Numbered from the stretch's first letter, positions 18,358 through 28,736 are shown. The stretch is 64,000 nt of DNA from Candidatus Staskawiczbacteria bacterium RIFCSPHIGHO2_01_FULL_39_25 (GCA_001820095.1 MHOO01000011.1:1958-65957), one strand, 5' to 3'. The notes: generated by a model from the sequence alone, not told the origin. Made by a program: numbers and translations.

Positions 18358-19152
18358 CTATCTCATTAATTTATTGTTGATTCGCATCTGGTTCAACCCT
18401 ACATTTCCCTGTTCTTCGCGCATGGTGCTACCCGTAAGGGTAATAAACGCATCTTCTAATTTATTGACTCCTGCTTTCTGGAGAATTTCCTCAATAGTTC
18501 CAATAATAAGGATCTTTCCATGGTCAATAATAGCAATTCGTTGGGCAATGCGTTCTACTTCCTCCATATGGTGGGTAGTAAAAAATATGGTAACGTGCTC
18601 TTTTTTATTCAAATTATTAATGTAGCTCCAAATATGGTTTCTGGTCTGGGGATCAAGGCCGATGGTGGGTTCATCTAGAAACAGTATTTTGGGGTGGTGC
18701 AGCAACCCGCGGGCAATTTCAAGGCGCCGTTTCATGCCTCCTGAAAAATTTTTCACAAATGAATCTCTGCGGTCATATAATTCCACTAAACGCAATAAAT
18801 CCAGAATACGCTCATGGTACATTGGTTTTTGCAATCCATAGAGAATGGCATGAAATTGCATATTTTCATAAGCGGTAAGTTCATTATCTAGGCTGGGATC
18901 TTGAAACACAATTCCAAAAGAAGCCCGCACTTGATGCTGCTGGCGCATGGGGTCGCATCCATTAATGATAATGCTTCCTGACGTAGGTTTTACCAAAGTG
19001 GTAAGCATTTTTATGGTAGTAGTTTTGCCCGCTCCATTGGGCCCTAAAAATGCAAATACTTCTCCCTTTTGCACACTAAAAGATATATCGTTTACGGCGG
19101 CAAAATCCCCATATTTTTTCGTAACACCTTTTGTTTCTATGATATTTTCCAT
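18358..19152 (-). CDS. ABC transporter ATP-binding protein
   Basis: Walker A GPNGAGKTTT; signature LSGGMKRRLEIA; Walker B ILFLDEPT. Confidence 0.95.
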   Translation of the reverse strand: MENIIETKGVTKKYGDFAAVNDISFSVQKGEVFAFLGPNGAGKTTTIKMLTTLVKPTSGSIIINGCDPMRQQHQVRASFGIVFQDPSLDNELTAYENMQFHAILYGLQKPMYHERILDLLRLVELYDRRDSFVKNFSGGMKRRLEIARGLLHHPKILFLDEPTIGLDPQTRNHIWSYINNLNKKEHVTIFFTTHHMEEVERIAQRIAIIDHGKILIIGTIEEILQKAGVNKLEDAFITLTGSTMREEQGNVGLNQMRINNKLMR

Positions 19153-19160
19153 TAGTATAA

Positions 19161-19336
19161 TACTTTGAATTACGAAATCCCTAATGAAAAGGCAAGTTTC
19201 AGGTCTTTTCTCTAAATTTCATCTGCAAATTTGCAATAATTGTGATGCGTAGGCAAGCTACGCCTCACAATTCTATCAAATTTTCGCCGTGAAATTTAAA
19301 GAAAATCCCTAGAAAGCATTTCGTAATTCAAAGTAT
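19161..19336. mobile_element. MITE-like element copy 2 (TIR TACTTTGAATTACGAAAT / ATTTCGTAATTCAAAGTA)
   Basis: Perfect 18-bp TIRs; internal palindrome ataattgtgatgcgtaggcaagctacgcctcacaattctat; no ORF. Confidence 0.75.
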
Positions 19337-19372
19337 AATGATAAAAAATGGGGAATTAGAATTTAGTTAATG

Positions 19373-19446
19373 TGGGAGACTAACGGGATTTGCACCCGTG
19401 CTAACGCTGCCACAGAGCGTTGTGCTGCTGCTACACCATAGCCTCC
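19373..19446 (-). tRNA. tRNA-His(GTG) with G-1:C73
   Basis: Reverse complement: extra 5' G pairing with discriminator C; anticodon stem acgct/agcgt, loop ctGTGgc; T-arm acgggtgcaaatcccgt; CCA encoded; D-loop (agcagcagc) lacks the usual GG. Confidence 0.6.
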
Positions 19447-19456
19447 ATAATTTTTG

Positions 19457-19528
19457 TGCCCTCGATAGGAATCGAACCTATATATCCAACTTAGAAGGTT
19501 GGTGTTCTATCCATTGAACTACGAGGGC
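19457..19528 (-). tRNA. tRNA-Arg(TCT)
   Basis: Reverse complement: acceptor gccctcg/cgagggc; anticodon stem ccaac/gttgg, loop ctTCTaa. Confidence 0.8.
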
Positions 19529-19604
19529 AAATCAGTTACAATCTTATCATAAATTTCTACCTTTGACAAGCCGGGCTTTTTCACGTATTATATTGATATA
19601 TAAC

Positions 19605-19673
19605 GGGGTGTTGTGTAACGGTAGCACGAACGCTTTGGGAGCGTTTAGTCTGGGTTCGAATCCCAGCACCCCG
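19605..19673 (+). tRNA. tRNA-Pro(TGG)
   Basis: Acceptor ggggtgt/gcacccc; anticodon stem aacgc/gcgtt, loop ttTGGga; T-arm tgggttcgaatccca; short D-arm. Confidence 0.75.
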
Positions 19674-19679
19674 ACACAG

Positions 19680-19815
19680 AAATAAATCTTAAGCACGAAA
19701 TCCGAAGCACGAAACAAATTCAAATTACCGAAATTAAAAATTCAAAAAGCGTTTCGAATTTCGCTTGACCCACAGGTCATCCCTGTAAGGTCCTATTCGG
19801 ATTTCGAATTTAACC
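19680..19815. repeat. CGGATTTCGAA / AAGCACGAAA short-period repeat block
   Basis: Includes gacccacaggtcatccctgtaaggtcctattcggatttcgaatt, whose reverse complement is at 23568-23615; related copies at 23690-23735 and 32755-32790. Confidence 0.65.
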
Positions 19816-19821
19816 TAATAT

Positions 19822-19892
19822 GCGGGTATCGTATAGCGGCATTACCCGACTTTTCCAAAGTCGTGATAGGGGTTCGACTCCCCTTACCCGCT
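19822..19892 (+). tRNA. tRNA-Gly(TCC)
   Basis: Acceptor gcgggta/tacccgc; anticodon stem cgact/agtcg, loop ttTCCaa; T-arm aggggttcgactcccct. Confidence 0.85.
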
Positions 19893-19965
19893 CAAAGTAA
19901 AATCATCTCATAAATGGGGACGTCGGACGTCCTCACTTTTCTGATAGGAAGCGATTTTTTTAACT

Positions 19966-19994
19966 TTGACAAATTAGCAAAATTCATGTATCCT
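19966..19994 (+). promoter_or_regulatory. sigma70-like promoter (TTGACA-17-TATCCT)
   Basis: Upstream of ORF 20039. Confidence 0.4.
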
Positions 19995-20038
19995 ACAACA
20001 ATTGTTGTTCTTTAACTCTTCAATAAAGGAAGCCTGTT

Positions 20039-21121
20039 ATGGAGACTAATCTTCCTAGGCAAGATCTGGAATTCCAACATGCGGTACTGCAGCAGCTTAT
20101 AAGCGAAAAAGAGGATTGCTTAAAAAACTTTCCTCATCAGCAAGAAGTAGGAAATATTTTATGGTCGCAACAGATTCTGAATAACGAACGCCAACGGCTC
20201 CAGAAAAGAGCTCAGGAATACTACCTGCTTATGCAAAAGTATGCAAGATTCATTGCTATGCTTAACCAGGTCGTAGCTACTGGCGCCAAAGCCAACCCTA
20301 ATGCTCGGCAACTCCATGCCATGAAACGGAGTATAGCCATATTGCGCAAGCACTCTAAGGAGATTGCTGATATCGTTGGATCTTCTATTGTTCCTATAGT
20401 GTCTCTTTCTGAACTCATATGGACAAGAAAATTCGGGGAGAATCTTGAGCGCAATGTAACAAATGCCTTGTTAGCATTAAGACAACGGCACGAACAAGCT
20501 GCCCGGCAGCGAGAAGCTATAACAACTGATATCTCTAAGGTAGAGGTTGAGGTAGAAGAGCTCCGCCAGGAATATCACCACCGGAAAGAAGCCCATGAAC
20601 AGAAATTAGGCAAACTGAAAGAGGAGCTTGGATATATTAATGAGCAACTTGCGCAAGCTAAAGAATCTATGGCAATAATTCTGTGCATAGGCGACCCCAT
20701 CACGTTTCCTCGATACCATCGGGAAAAGCACTGGAGAAATGATCCCGCAGTGAAAGCAATTGAAGAAAAACCTACTCTTGCCCCATGGCTTTTCGTAATG
20801 ATGCAGGGCGAGCATGACCAGGGGCAACCGCTTCCGCAAGATCGCTACTTAGCCCTTAAAAGCATCAGGGATATCCTAGATAAGCAGGGATACCACACGG
20901 TAAATGAAAAAATCATCTATCACAAAGTGTTTTCCATTGCCCATCAACGGAATACACACCAGAGGTGTACTATGAAAAAGATAGCTAGAGAAAAATTTAC
21001 TGACTGGCATCAAGAAGGCATTGGCTATAGCGGACGCCTCGTCTTTCACACTGATGAACGCGAGCGGATTTTCCGCTTTTGCTTTTACTCTAAAAACGAA
21101 GAGGACAAGGTGCTGGCATAG
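20039..21121 (+). CDS. hypothetical coiled-coil protein (360 aa) with atypical composition
   Basis: No recognisable motif; local GC and Gln/His/Arg usage are visibly higher than surrounding genes; follows a 5-tRNA cluster. Confidence 0.5.
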   Translation: METNLPRQDLEFQHAVLQQLISEKEDCLKNFPHQQEVGNILWSQQILNNERQRLQKRAQEYYLLMQKYARFIAMLNQVVATGAKANPNARQLHAMKRSIAILRKHSKEIADIVGSSIVPIVSLSELIWTRKFGENLERNVTNALLALRQRHEQAARQREAITTDISKVEVEVEELRQEYHHRKEAHEQKLGKLKEELGYINEQLAQAKESMAIILCIGDPITFPRYHREKHWRNDPAVKAIEEKPTLAPWLFVMMQGEHDQGQPLPQDRYLALKSIRDILDKQGYHTVNEKIIYHKVFSIAHQRNTHQRCTMKKIAREKFTDWHQEGIGYSGRLVFHTDERERIFRFCFYSKNEEDKVLA

Positions 21122-21132
21122 GCCACTTCCAC

Positions 21133-21212
21133 AAGCGCAAACTACGGTTTGCGCTTTTTTATTCCATATTTTTACCACCAAAAAAAAGCCGTTCATTGAA
21201 CGGCTTTTTTGA
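21133..21212. terminator. two adjacent hairpin terminators (21133-21170 plus-strand; 21181-21210 bidirectional)
   Basis: gcgcaaactacggtttgcgctttttt and aaaaaaagccgttcattgaacggctttttt. Confidence 0.7.
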
Positions 21213-21217
21213 TGTAA

Positions 21218-22753
21218 TTATCGCGCGTATTCTATCACCCTATTTTCGCGTATCACCGTTACCTTAATTTCTCCTGGATACTTTAACTCTTCTTCAATAT
21301 TATGGGCAATTTGCTTTGCTATTTTTTGAGCTCCTAAATCATCTACCATATCTGCCTTCACAAAAACCCTGATTTCCCGCCCTGCCTGTATGGCATAGGT
21401 TTTTTCAACTCCTTCAAACTTGTTAGCAATATCTTCTAATGCTTTTAACCTCTGCAAATAGTTTTCTAGGGTATCTTTCCTGGCTCCCGGACGAGACCCT
21501 GAAATAGAATCTGCCACGGTTACAATTACGGCTTCTATGGTGTCTGCCGGATAATCATTGTGATGGGCGCGCATAGCATGGATTACCGCTTCCGATTCCC
21601 CGAATTTCTCCAGAATCTTTATGCCAATTTCAATGTGGGAGCCCTGAATTTGCTGGTCAATAGCCTTGCCAATATCATGGAAAAGGCCGCCCCGTTTTGC
21701 CACTTGGCTATTGGCCTTCAGTTCATCAGCAATCGTTTCCGCAATAAGCGCCACTTCCATAGAGTGCTGCAGCACATTCTGACCATAACTTGTCCTGTAA
21801 TGCAGCCTGCCTAATATTTGGACGAGTTTTTCGTTCACCCCTAAAAGACTCATGTCATAGATTGCTTTCTCGCCAGCCTTTTTTATCACATCTGAAATTT
21901 CTGCGGTTGCCTCCGCTACTTTTTCTTCAATTTTTGCGGGCTGGATTCTTCCATCTTGAATAAGTTTGTCTAACGCAAGCTTTGCAATCTGCCTGCGGAT
22001 TGGGTTAAAACAAGAAATAACCACTGAATCGGGGGTTTCATCTAAAATCAGCTCCACTCCGGTTAATTTTTCAAACGCTTTAATATTCCTTCCCTCTTTG
22101 CCGATAATCCTTCCCTTAATATCTTCTGAAGGCAAGATAATCGTTGTGGTGCTTAATTCCTGGGTATGGGGAACCGCGCACTTTTGAATGGCCAATGTAA
22201 CAATTTCCCTAGCCCTAGCCGTAAGCGTTTCCTTGCCGCTTTCTTCCATTTTCTTCATTCTTTCCAAAATATCTTTTTGAGAGTCTATTTCTACCAAGGT
22301 TAAAAGTTCCTTTTTGGCATCTTCGCGGGACAAGCTTGCCACCTTCTCCAATTTTACCTCAGCCTCCGCCCGAAGCTTGTCTAATTCATCCTTTACCTTT
22401 TTTAATTTTTCAGCTTTCTCGTGTATTTCTGCTTCCTTTTTATCAAAAGCATCAATTTTCCCATCAAGAAGCTTTTCCCTATCCAAAAGAACCTGTTCAG
22501 CTCTTAAAAATTCCCTCCTTCTCTGGTCAATATCCTTCTGGGCTTTTTCGGTGATTTCAGATGCCTTAGTTTCAGCTTTTTTCACCAAATCAGCAGTTTC
22601 TTCTTTTACCTGCTGGACTTTCTTTTGAAGCCTTGCCTCCAAAGATCCCGCTCTCTTCTTCGCAATTGATTGCCGGATGTAGTACCCAAAAATTGTACCT
22701 CCTGCCAAAGACAATGCCGCTGATAAAATTAATATAATTGAATTTTGGTCCAT
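21218..22753 (-). CDS. rny: ribonuclease Y
   Basis: N-terminal TM, coiled coil, KH domain (GRIIGKEGRNIKAFE), HD domain (HSMEVA...HDIGK). Confidence 0.95.
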   Translation of the reverse strand: MDQNSIILILSAALSLAGGTIFGYYIRQSIAKKRAGSLEARLQKKVQQVKEETADLVKKAETKASEITEKAQKDIDQRRREFLRAEQVLLDREKLLDGKIDAFDKKEAEIHEKAEKLKKVKDELDKLRAEAEVKLEKVASLSREDAKKELLTLVEIDSQKDILERMKKMEESGKETLTARAREIVTLAIQKCAVPHTQELSTTTIILPSEDIKGRIIGKEGRNIKAFEKLTGVELILDETPDSVVISCFNPIRRQIAKLALDKLIQDGRIQPAKIEEKVAEATAEISDVIKKAGEKAIYDMSLLGVNEKLVQILGRLHYRTSYGQNVLQHSMEVALIAETIADELKANSQVAKRGGLFHDIGKAIDQQIQGSHIEIGIKILEKFGESEAVIHAMRAHHNDYPADTIEAVIVTVADSISGSRPGARKDTLENYLQRLKALEDIANKFEGVEKTYAIQAGREIRVFVKADMVDDLGAQKIAKQIAHNIEEELKYPGEIKVTVIRENRVIEYAR

Positions 22754-22904
22754 GTTTTTTAATTTCTAATTACTAATTTATAATTTCTATTAAATATCTG
22801 ATACTTTAATTTCTAAACACGACGGGTTTGAAAATTATTTCATTGAAAATTTAATAAAAATTAGAAATTGAAAATTGAAAATTTTAACAGTTTTTATAAA
22901 CAAA

Positions 22905-22935
22905 TAAAGCCCACTAACTCAGTGAGCCCGTATAT
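22905..22935 (-). terminator. rho-independent terminator downstream of clpP
   Basis: Minus-strand gggctcactgagttagtgggc hairpin followed by tttatttgttt. Confidence 0.45.
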
Positions 22936-22958
22936 AATATATTTTCTTGGGCAAAAAG

Positions 22959-23552
22959 CTATTTGGCCTCTTTCATTGAGCCTATTACTTCATCAATAAG
23001 TCCATACTCTTTTGCTTCTTGGGCAGTCATATAAAAATCCCTATCCGTATCTTTTTCCACTCTATCAATAGGCTGACCAGTATGTTTGGATAGAATCTGG
23101 TTAATAGACCCTTTGATTTTTACAATCTGCTTAGCAGTAATTTCTATCTCGGTTGCCTGGCCTTGGGCTCCTCCCATGACTTGGTGCAGCAGTATTTCAG
23201 CATTGGGAAGGGCAAACCTTTTGCCTTTGGTTCCCGATGCCAAAATAATTGCCGCCATGGAAGCTGTGAGTCCAATGCAGATAGTAGAAACCGGACACTT
23301 GATATACTGCATGGTGTCGTAAATAGCTAATCCTGCCGTTACCGAACCTCCAGGGCTGTTAATATAAAGCTTGATGTCTCTTTTGGGGTCTTTTGAAACC
23401 AAGTATAGCATCTGGGCAATAACCACATTTGCATTTAAATCGGTAACCGGACCCGCCAAAAAAACAATGCGCTCTTCTAAAAGCCTTGAAAATATGTCAT
23501 ATACGCGCTCACCGCGTTGTGATTTTTCTACAATAGTTGGCACTATTGGCAC
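22959..23552 (-). CDS. clpP: ATP-dependent Clp protease proteolytic subunit
   Basis: Active-site Ser context GLTASMAA, His in LLHQVMGG; listed ORF extends to 23624 through a repeat; GTG at 23552 gives the canonical N-terminus (VPIVPTIVE). Confidence 0.9.
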   Translation of the reverse strand: MPIVPTIVEKSQRGERVYDIFSRLLEERIVFLAGPVTDLNANVVIAQMLYLVSKDPKRDIKLYINSPGGSVTAGLAIYDTMQYIKCPVSTICIGLTASMAAIILASGTKGKRFALPNAEILLHQVMGGAQGQATEIEITAKQIVKIKGSINQILSKHTGQPIDRVEKDTDRDFYMTAQEAKEYGLIDEVIGSMKEAK

Positions 23553-23689
23553 GTTATTGTTAAATTCGAAATTCCAATAGGACCTTACAGGGATGACCTG
23601 CAGGTCAAGCGAAATTCGAAACAATATCTAAATCCTAATGTTCAAATATTTTAAACGCATTTTGAATTTTGGATTTTGGATTTTGGATT

Positions 23690-23735
23690 TGTTTCGGATT
23701 TCGGATTTAGAATTTCGGATTTGAAAAAGTTTCCA
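23690..23735. repeat. TTTGGATTT / TTCGGATTT 8-9-bp tandem repeat
   Basis: ttttggattttggattttggatttgtttcggatttcggatttagaatttcggattt. Confidence 0.7.
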
Positions 23736-25026
23736 ACACTTGGAATACTTTTTCGTTATATATTGCTCCTTTAGTATACTCTTTTAATTGATTAATGTCA
23801 ATTTTGTCTATTTTATCTTTTTGGTGCTTTCGCAGTGCTTTGTTTATTTCTGCCTCCAGCTCTTCGTTAGAAACTTCTATCTGTTCGGCTTTCCCAATCT
23901 GCCGCAACACCAGAAAATTTTTAATTCTTTTTTCAGCTTCCAGGGCAAAAGATTTTTTAATTTCCTCTTCAGTCTTTTTAATGCTGGATAAATATTCTTC
24001 AAAGGTCATTTTAAAATTTTGGGCAATATGGTTTTTCATATCCTCAAACAGCCGCACCTGTTCATACTCAACCATTTTTTCGGGAATATCAAAACTGGTT
24101 TTTTGTGAAATTTTTTCCAAAATTTCTCCCCGTTTTCTCTGTTTTTCTGTTTCATTCTTCTCCATAGTTATCCCCTCTTTCAAATTTTCTTTCAGGGCAA
24201 CTAAGGTATCAAATACGGAGACGGGAGCTCCCGCTTCGCGGTAAGCTCTCGCGTCTTGACCCAGACTTTTTGCAAATTCATCGTTGATTTCAGGCAGCTC
24301 CATTTTTTGCACCGAAATTATTTTTACTTTAAAAGTGCTTTCTTTTCCCGCAATTGCCTTATTGGGAGTGTTTTCAGGAAAGTGCGCCACAAACTCTTTC
24401 TCTTCGCCTGATTTCATGCCAATAATATTATTCTCAAAATCTTTCAAAAATCCGCCCTCGCCCAATATAAACTTATCGCGAACTTCTTTCCCATTATTGA
24501 TATTCTCATTTTTATATTCAATTTCTATAAAATCTTTGTTTTCCGCCCCCCGGTCAATTTGCGAAAATTTTGCGCGGGACTTTTGCAGGTATGCCAATGT
24601 TTCTTCAATTTCTTTTTCATCAACTGAAATTTCCTGGCCTTTTACCATTGCCGCAATCTCTTTATAATCAGGCAATTCAACATCGGGCAAAACGGTAACC
24701 TTCACCTTAAACAAAAAAGGGTTATCTTTAGCGATCTTTAAAATTTGCACCTCTGGCTCGCCAATGGGTTCTAAATTATTTTCAACAATAAACTTGGTGT
24801 AGGCGCCCTTTACCGCCAAATCTCCTGCTTCCATAAGCAAATTTTCCGGCCCCACCTGTTTTTCCACCATCTCTTTCGGCACATTTCCCTTCCTGAAACC
24901 ATCCATTTTTACATGGCTTTTTAGGTGCTCTAAAGCTTTATCAAGGTACGTCTGAAATTCTTTTTCATCTAACTCAAAGTTGATTTCAACTAGCGATTTC
25001 TCTAATTTTTTAAGATCTGTTTTCAT
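23707..25026 (-). CDS. tig: trigger factor
   Basis: N-terminal ribosome-binding domain GFRKGNVPK; FKBP-like middle domain; upstream of clpP as in most bacteria. Confidence 0.9.
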   Translation of the reverse strand: MKTDLKKLEKSLVEINFELDEKEFQTYLDKALEHLKSHVKMDGFRKGNVPKEMVEKQVGPENLLMEAGDLAVKGAYTKFIVENNLEPIGEPEVQILKIAKDNPFLFKVKVTVLPDVELPDYKEIAAMVKGQEISVDEKEIEETLAYLQKSRAKFSQIDRGAENKDFIEIEYKNENINNGKEVRDKFILGEGGFLKDFENNIIGMKSGEEKEFVAHFPENTPNKAIAGKESTFKVKIISVQKMELPEINDEFAKSLGQDARAYREAGAPVSVFDTLVALKENLKEGITMEKNETEKQRKRGEILEKISQKTSFDIPEKMVEYEQVRLFEDMKNHIAQNFKMTFEEYLSSIKKTEEEIKKSFALEAEKRIKNFLVLRQIGKAEQIEVSNEELEAEINKALRKHQKDKIDKIDINQLKEYTKGAIYNEKVFQVLETFSNPKF

Positions 25027-25155
25027 GAGTTACATATGAATTCTTTTTGGCAAGTTTTAGCAAGGACCGTTTTAGCAAGGACGGTCCTTGCTAATTTGCG
25101 GCTCACACTAATGTGAGCCGCAAAAGTTGAGTCTATGTGAGTCTATGAGTCTATG

Positions 25156-27153
25156 TTATATGAGAAACGGAACAATAAGCAAGGCTACAATATTGAGAAC
25201 TTTAATCATGGGGTTAATAGCAGGACCCGCAGTATCTTTATAGGGGTCTCCGACGGTGTCTCCGGTGACAGCCGCCTGGTGGGCAAAACTGCCTTTTCCG
25301 CCCAAGTTTCCCTCTTCTATGTACTTTTTAGCATTGTCCCATGCAGCCCCTCCCGTAGTCATAGAGATGCCCACAAAGAGGCCGGTAATAATGCTGCCAA
25401 TTAACAAACCTCCCAAGGCTTGGACTCCCAAAAACACTCCCACCAAAATTGGTGCAGCCACAGGAATAATTGCCGGAATTAACATTTCTTTAATAGCGGC
25501 TTTGGTAACAATATCAACACATTTGCCATATTCTGGCTTTGCGGTGCCTTCCATTAAGCCTTTTATTTCTCTAAATTGCCTGCGCACCTCTTCCACTACT
25601 TTGCCCGCGGTCTTTCCCACCGCTCCCATTAAGAATGAAGCAAACAAGTAAGGAAGCAAGCCGCCAATCAGCAAACCGGCAATTACTTTGGGGTCAGCCA
25701 GTACAAAGTTTGCCGCCCGCAGAGAACCCGATAAATCAATAACCTGCTGGCTATAAGCCGCAAACAATACCAAGGCTGCTAAGCCTGCTGAAGCAATGGC
25801 GTATCCCTTAGTTACCGCTTTGGTGGTATTGCCGACGGCATCTAACGCGTCGGTAATTTTCCTTACTTCTTCTGGCATGCCCGACATTTCTGCAATTCCG
25901 CCGGCGTTATCAGTAATAGGGCCGTAAGCGTCAACTCCCACCACAATTCCCGAAATAGAAAGCATCGCCATAACCGCCAGCGCCACTCCATAAATTCCTG
26001 CCAGTTGGAAACTGATGATCGTGCCAAAAGCAATTAACAATACCGGATAGGCCGTTGACTGCATACCAAGCCCGATGCCCCTGATAATGTTGGTTGCATG
26101 CCCGGTTTCTGAAGCCTTTGCAATTGATCTGACCGGGCTGTATTTTTTTGACGTGTAATACTCAGTGATAATAAACATTCCGGCGGCAACGGCCAAGCCT
26201 ACCAACGTGGAAAAGTATAAATTATCTACGGAAATTTCCTGCCCTGCCATCATTTTAGTAATTAAGGGGTAAAAACCAAGCGCCGATAGCACTACCGACA
26301 CTGCCAAGCCTTTGTACATGCTTCCCATAATGCTTTGTGATTTTCCTAGTTTCACAAAAAAGCTTCCGACAATTGAAGTTAAAATTGAAATACTGCCTAA
26401 AAATAACGGTAGCAATACAAACTGCGGAGCGCGGGGGAATAATAACGCCCCCAAAATCATGGTGGCTACCGTGGTTACCGCATACGTTTCAAAAATGTCA
26501 GCTGCCATGCCAGCACAGTCTCCCACATTATCTCCCACCTGGTCAGCAATGACTGCCGGGTTTCTTGGGTCGTCTTCGGGAATGCCTTTTTCCACTTTGC
26601 CCACTAAGTCAGCTCCCACATCAGCGGCTTTAGTATAAATGCCTCCGCCGACTCTGGCGAAGACCGAAATCAAGCTTGCGCCAAATCCAAGCGCAACTAG
26701 TGCCTGTATATCCTTGGTGATAAAATAATAGCCAGAAACCGCTAATAATCCTAAGCTGACTACCAAAAGGCCTGTTACGAGTCCGCCCTTGAATGATAAG
26801 TCCAAGGCAAAGCTAAGCCCCCGTTCTGCAGCTTTGGCTACCCGCGTATTGGTTTGGGTTGAAACAAGCATCCCAATGAATCCTGACAAACCAGATAAAA
26901 ATGCTCCAATCAAAAAACCAAGAGCCATTTTCCAACCCATAAAGAACAAAAGGCCGATGGCAATGGCAATGGCCACAATGCTTACCGTTCTGTACTGCCT
27001 TTTTAAATAGGAAATAGCGCCCTCTTGAATGGCCTGGGTAATGGCTATGGCTTTATCTTTTGCTACCGGAGCCTTGTTGATTCCCGTAATTAAGAAAAAC
27101 ACAAATGCAATGGCAAACAGCGAAACGATGATAGGAAAATAGGTGATTAACAT
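25156..27153 (-). CDS. hppA: membrane-bound pyrophosphatase (H+/Na+-translocating PPase)
   Basis: [18 protein letters not shown] and [15 protein letters not shown] signature motifs; about 15 TM. Confidence 0.95.
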   Translation of the reverse strand: MLITYFPIIVSLFAIAFVFFLITGINKAPVAKDKAIAITQAIQEGAISYLKRQYRTVSIVAIAIAIGLLFFMGWKMALGFLIGAFLSGLSGFIGMLVSTQTNTRVAKAAERGLSFALDLSFKGGLVTGLLVVSLGLLAVSGYYFITKDIQALVALGFGASLISVFARVGGGIYTKAADVGADLVGKVEKGIPEDDPRNPAVIADQVGDNVGDCAGMAADIFETYAVTTVATMILGALLFPRAPQFVLLPLFLGSISILTSIVGSFFVKLGKSQSIMGSMYKGLAVSVVLSALGFYPLITKMMAGQEISVDNLYFSTLVGLAVAAGMFIITEYYTSKKYSPVRSIAKASETGHATNIIRGIGLGMQSTAYPVLLIAFGTIISFQLAGIYGVALAVMAMLSISGIVVGVDAYGPITDNAGGIAEMSGMPEEVRKITDALDAVGNTTKAVTKGYAIASAGLAALVLFAAYSQQVIDLSGSLRAANFVLADPKVIAGLLIGGLLPYLFASFLMGAVGKTAGKVVEEVRRQFREIKGLMEGTAKPEYGKCVDIVTKAAIKEMLIPAIIPVAAPILVGVFLGVQALGGLLIGSIITGLFVGISMTTGGAAWDNAKKYIEEGNLGGKGSFAHQAAVTGDTVGDPYKDTAGPAINPMIKVLNIVALLIVPFLI

Positions 27154-27159
27154 GCCAAC

Positions 27160-27300
27160 GAATTTTCAATTTTCAATTCCCAATTTTCAATCAATTATCA
27201 ATGAAACGAATTTTCAATGACGAAAACGTTAATTTGATAATTTGGTAATTTAATACTTGATTGATAATTGATACTTGATAATTGATAATTAAAATTTACT
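27160..27300. repeat. TTTTCAATT / TTGATAATT short-period repeat block
   Basis: caattttcaattcccaattttcaatcaattatcaatg ... ttgataattgatacttgataattgataatt; related copies at 42905-42960 (inside ksgA) and 61685-61740. Confidence 0.7.
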
Positions 27301-28612
27301 CTTCTTTTTTAGTTTTTTTCTTTTTTGCCTTGCCCGCCGTAGCTTCAGTGGAGGCAGGGCCTTCCTCTTTTTCTTCGGTTTTTGCGCTGGTCGGTTCTTT
27401 AGTTTCGTTTTGTTCTTCGGTTTCTCCATTCTTGGGTTCTTTTGTTTTTTCGGCGGGCTTAATATCTATTTTCCAGCCGGTTAAATTTGAAGCCAATCTC
27501 ACATTTCTGCCGTCTTTGCCAATTGCCAGCGATAACTGATCTTCTGGAACAAACACTACCGCCGTATTTTTTTCTTCAATTTTAACTTCGGCAATCTTAG
27601 CGGGAGATAATGCATTCGCAATAAATTTTTCAGGGTCTTGGCTCCAAGCAATAATATCAATTTTTTCCCCGCCTAATTCATTAATCACCGCCATAATTCT
27701 TGTTCCCCGCTGGCCTACGCAGCTGCCAATGGGGTCAATGCGCTCTTCGGCAGAGTCAACGGCAATTTTTGTCCGGTAGCCGGGCTCTCGGGCAATAGAT
27801 TTTATCACCACGATCCCCGAAGCAATTTCAGGCACCTCTAATTCAAAAAGCCTTGAAACTAATTTTGGATAAGCCCTTGAAAGCAATACCACCGATCCTT
27901 TGGGAGTCTCTTCAACTTTTAAGATATAGAATTTTAACCGTTGCCCCTGCCGATAAAATTCTCCCGGAATCTGTTCCTCCCGATTTAAAATACCCAATGT
28001 TTTGCCAATATCAATAAGCACTACATTTCCTTCTATGCGCTGTACGATTCCTGAAATAATTTCCCCCTCTTTTGATTTGTATTCTGATGCAATGGTTTCC
28101 TTTTCAGCCTCCCGTATTTTTTGCAGAATAACCTGCTTGGCTGTTTGCGCAGCAATTCTGCCGTAATCTTGCTTTGAGACTAGCGGAATTTCCAATTCTT
28201 CTCCCAATTTAATATCTGGATTCTTTTGCTTTGCCTCTTCCAGCATGATATGTTTCTCGGGATTGAAGACCACTTTTTTAGTCATTTCATCGCCCTCGGC
28301 GCTTTTCTCAAAGTCTTCAGAAGGCATCATCTTTTTTTCTTTCAGCGCTTCAATTTCTTCTTCGGTATACAACATTGATTCATCAACTACCAACTTTACC
28401 TGCCAAAACTTAACATCGCCGGAAACCGGATTGAATTTTGCTTTTATTTTCTGGCCCTTTTGGCCATAGTCTTTTTTGTATGCTGTAGCTATGGCTGCTT
28501 CCAGCGTTTCAATAATGACTTCAGGGGAAATGCCCCTGGCTTCTGCAATTTGGGCCAATGCCCGTTGAAAAGATTTTAAGTCCATTGAAGTCAGGGAGTA
28601 GGTCGCTCGCAA
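27296..28612 (-). CDS. nusA: transcription termination/antitermination factor NusA with Lys/Glu-rich C-terminal tail
   Basis: N-terminal domain, S1, KH1/KH2 (DPIGSCVGQRGTRIMAVINELGGEKIDII). Confidence 0.9.
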   Translation of the reverse strand: MRATYSLTSMDLKSFQRALAQIAEARGISPEVIIETLEAAIATAYKKDYGQKGQKIKAKFNPVSGDVKFWQVKLVVDESMLYTEEEIEALKEKKMMPSEDFEKSAEGDEMTKKVVFNPEKHIMLEEAKQKNPDIKLGEELEIPLVSKQDYGRIAAQTAKQVILQKIREAEKETIASEYKSKEGEIISGIVQRIEGNVVLIDIGKTLGILNREEQIPGEFYRQGQRLKFYILKVEETPKGSVVLLSRAYPKLVSRLFELEVPEIASGIVVIKSIAREPGYRTKIAVDSAEERIDPIGSCVGQRGTRIMAVINELGGEKIDIIAWSQDPEKFIANALSPAKIAEVKIEEKNTAVVFVPEDQLSLAIGKDGRNVRLASNLTGWKIDIKPAEKTKEPKNGETEEQNETKEPTSAKTEEKEEGPASTEATAGKAKKKKTKKEE

Positions 28613-28730
28613 GCTCGCTCTTCAGAAACCCACGGTTTCTGATACTCGCTTCGCTCGTAGTTTCCTAGACGGGGAAACCGAAGTTTCCCCGACCCCCTTC
28701 CAGTTGTATTAATATTTGTAAATCTCTTTA
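28613..28730. other. GC-rich multi-hairpin block upstream of nusA (possible leader or structured RNA)
   Basis: gaaacccacggtttc, ggggaaaccgaagtttcccc, tcgctcgcaagctcgctc; composition contrasts with flanks. Confidence 0.3.
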
Positions 28731-28736
28731 CTATTT

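Noticed and set aside
18314-18625. ORF MIRSIRIIRLIRNF... on the plus strand
   Set aside because: It starts inside an ATTAG repeat and runs antisense through the ABC ATPase gene. The repeat-derived N-terminus recurs at many ORF-caller starts, so it is not evidence of a real protein.
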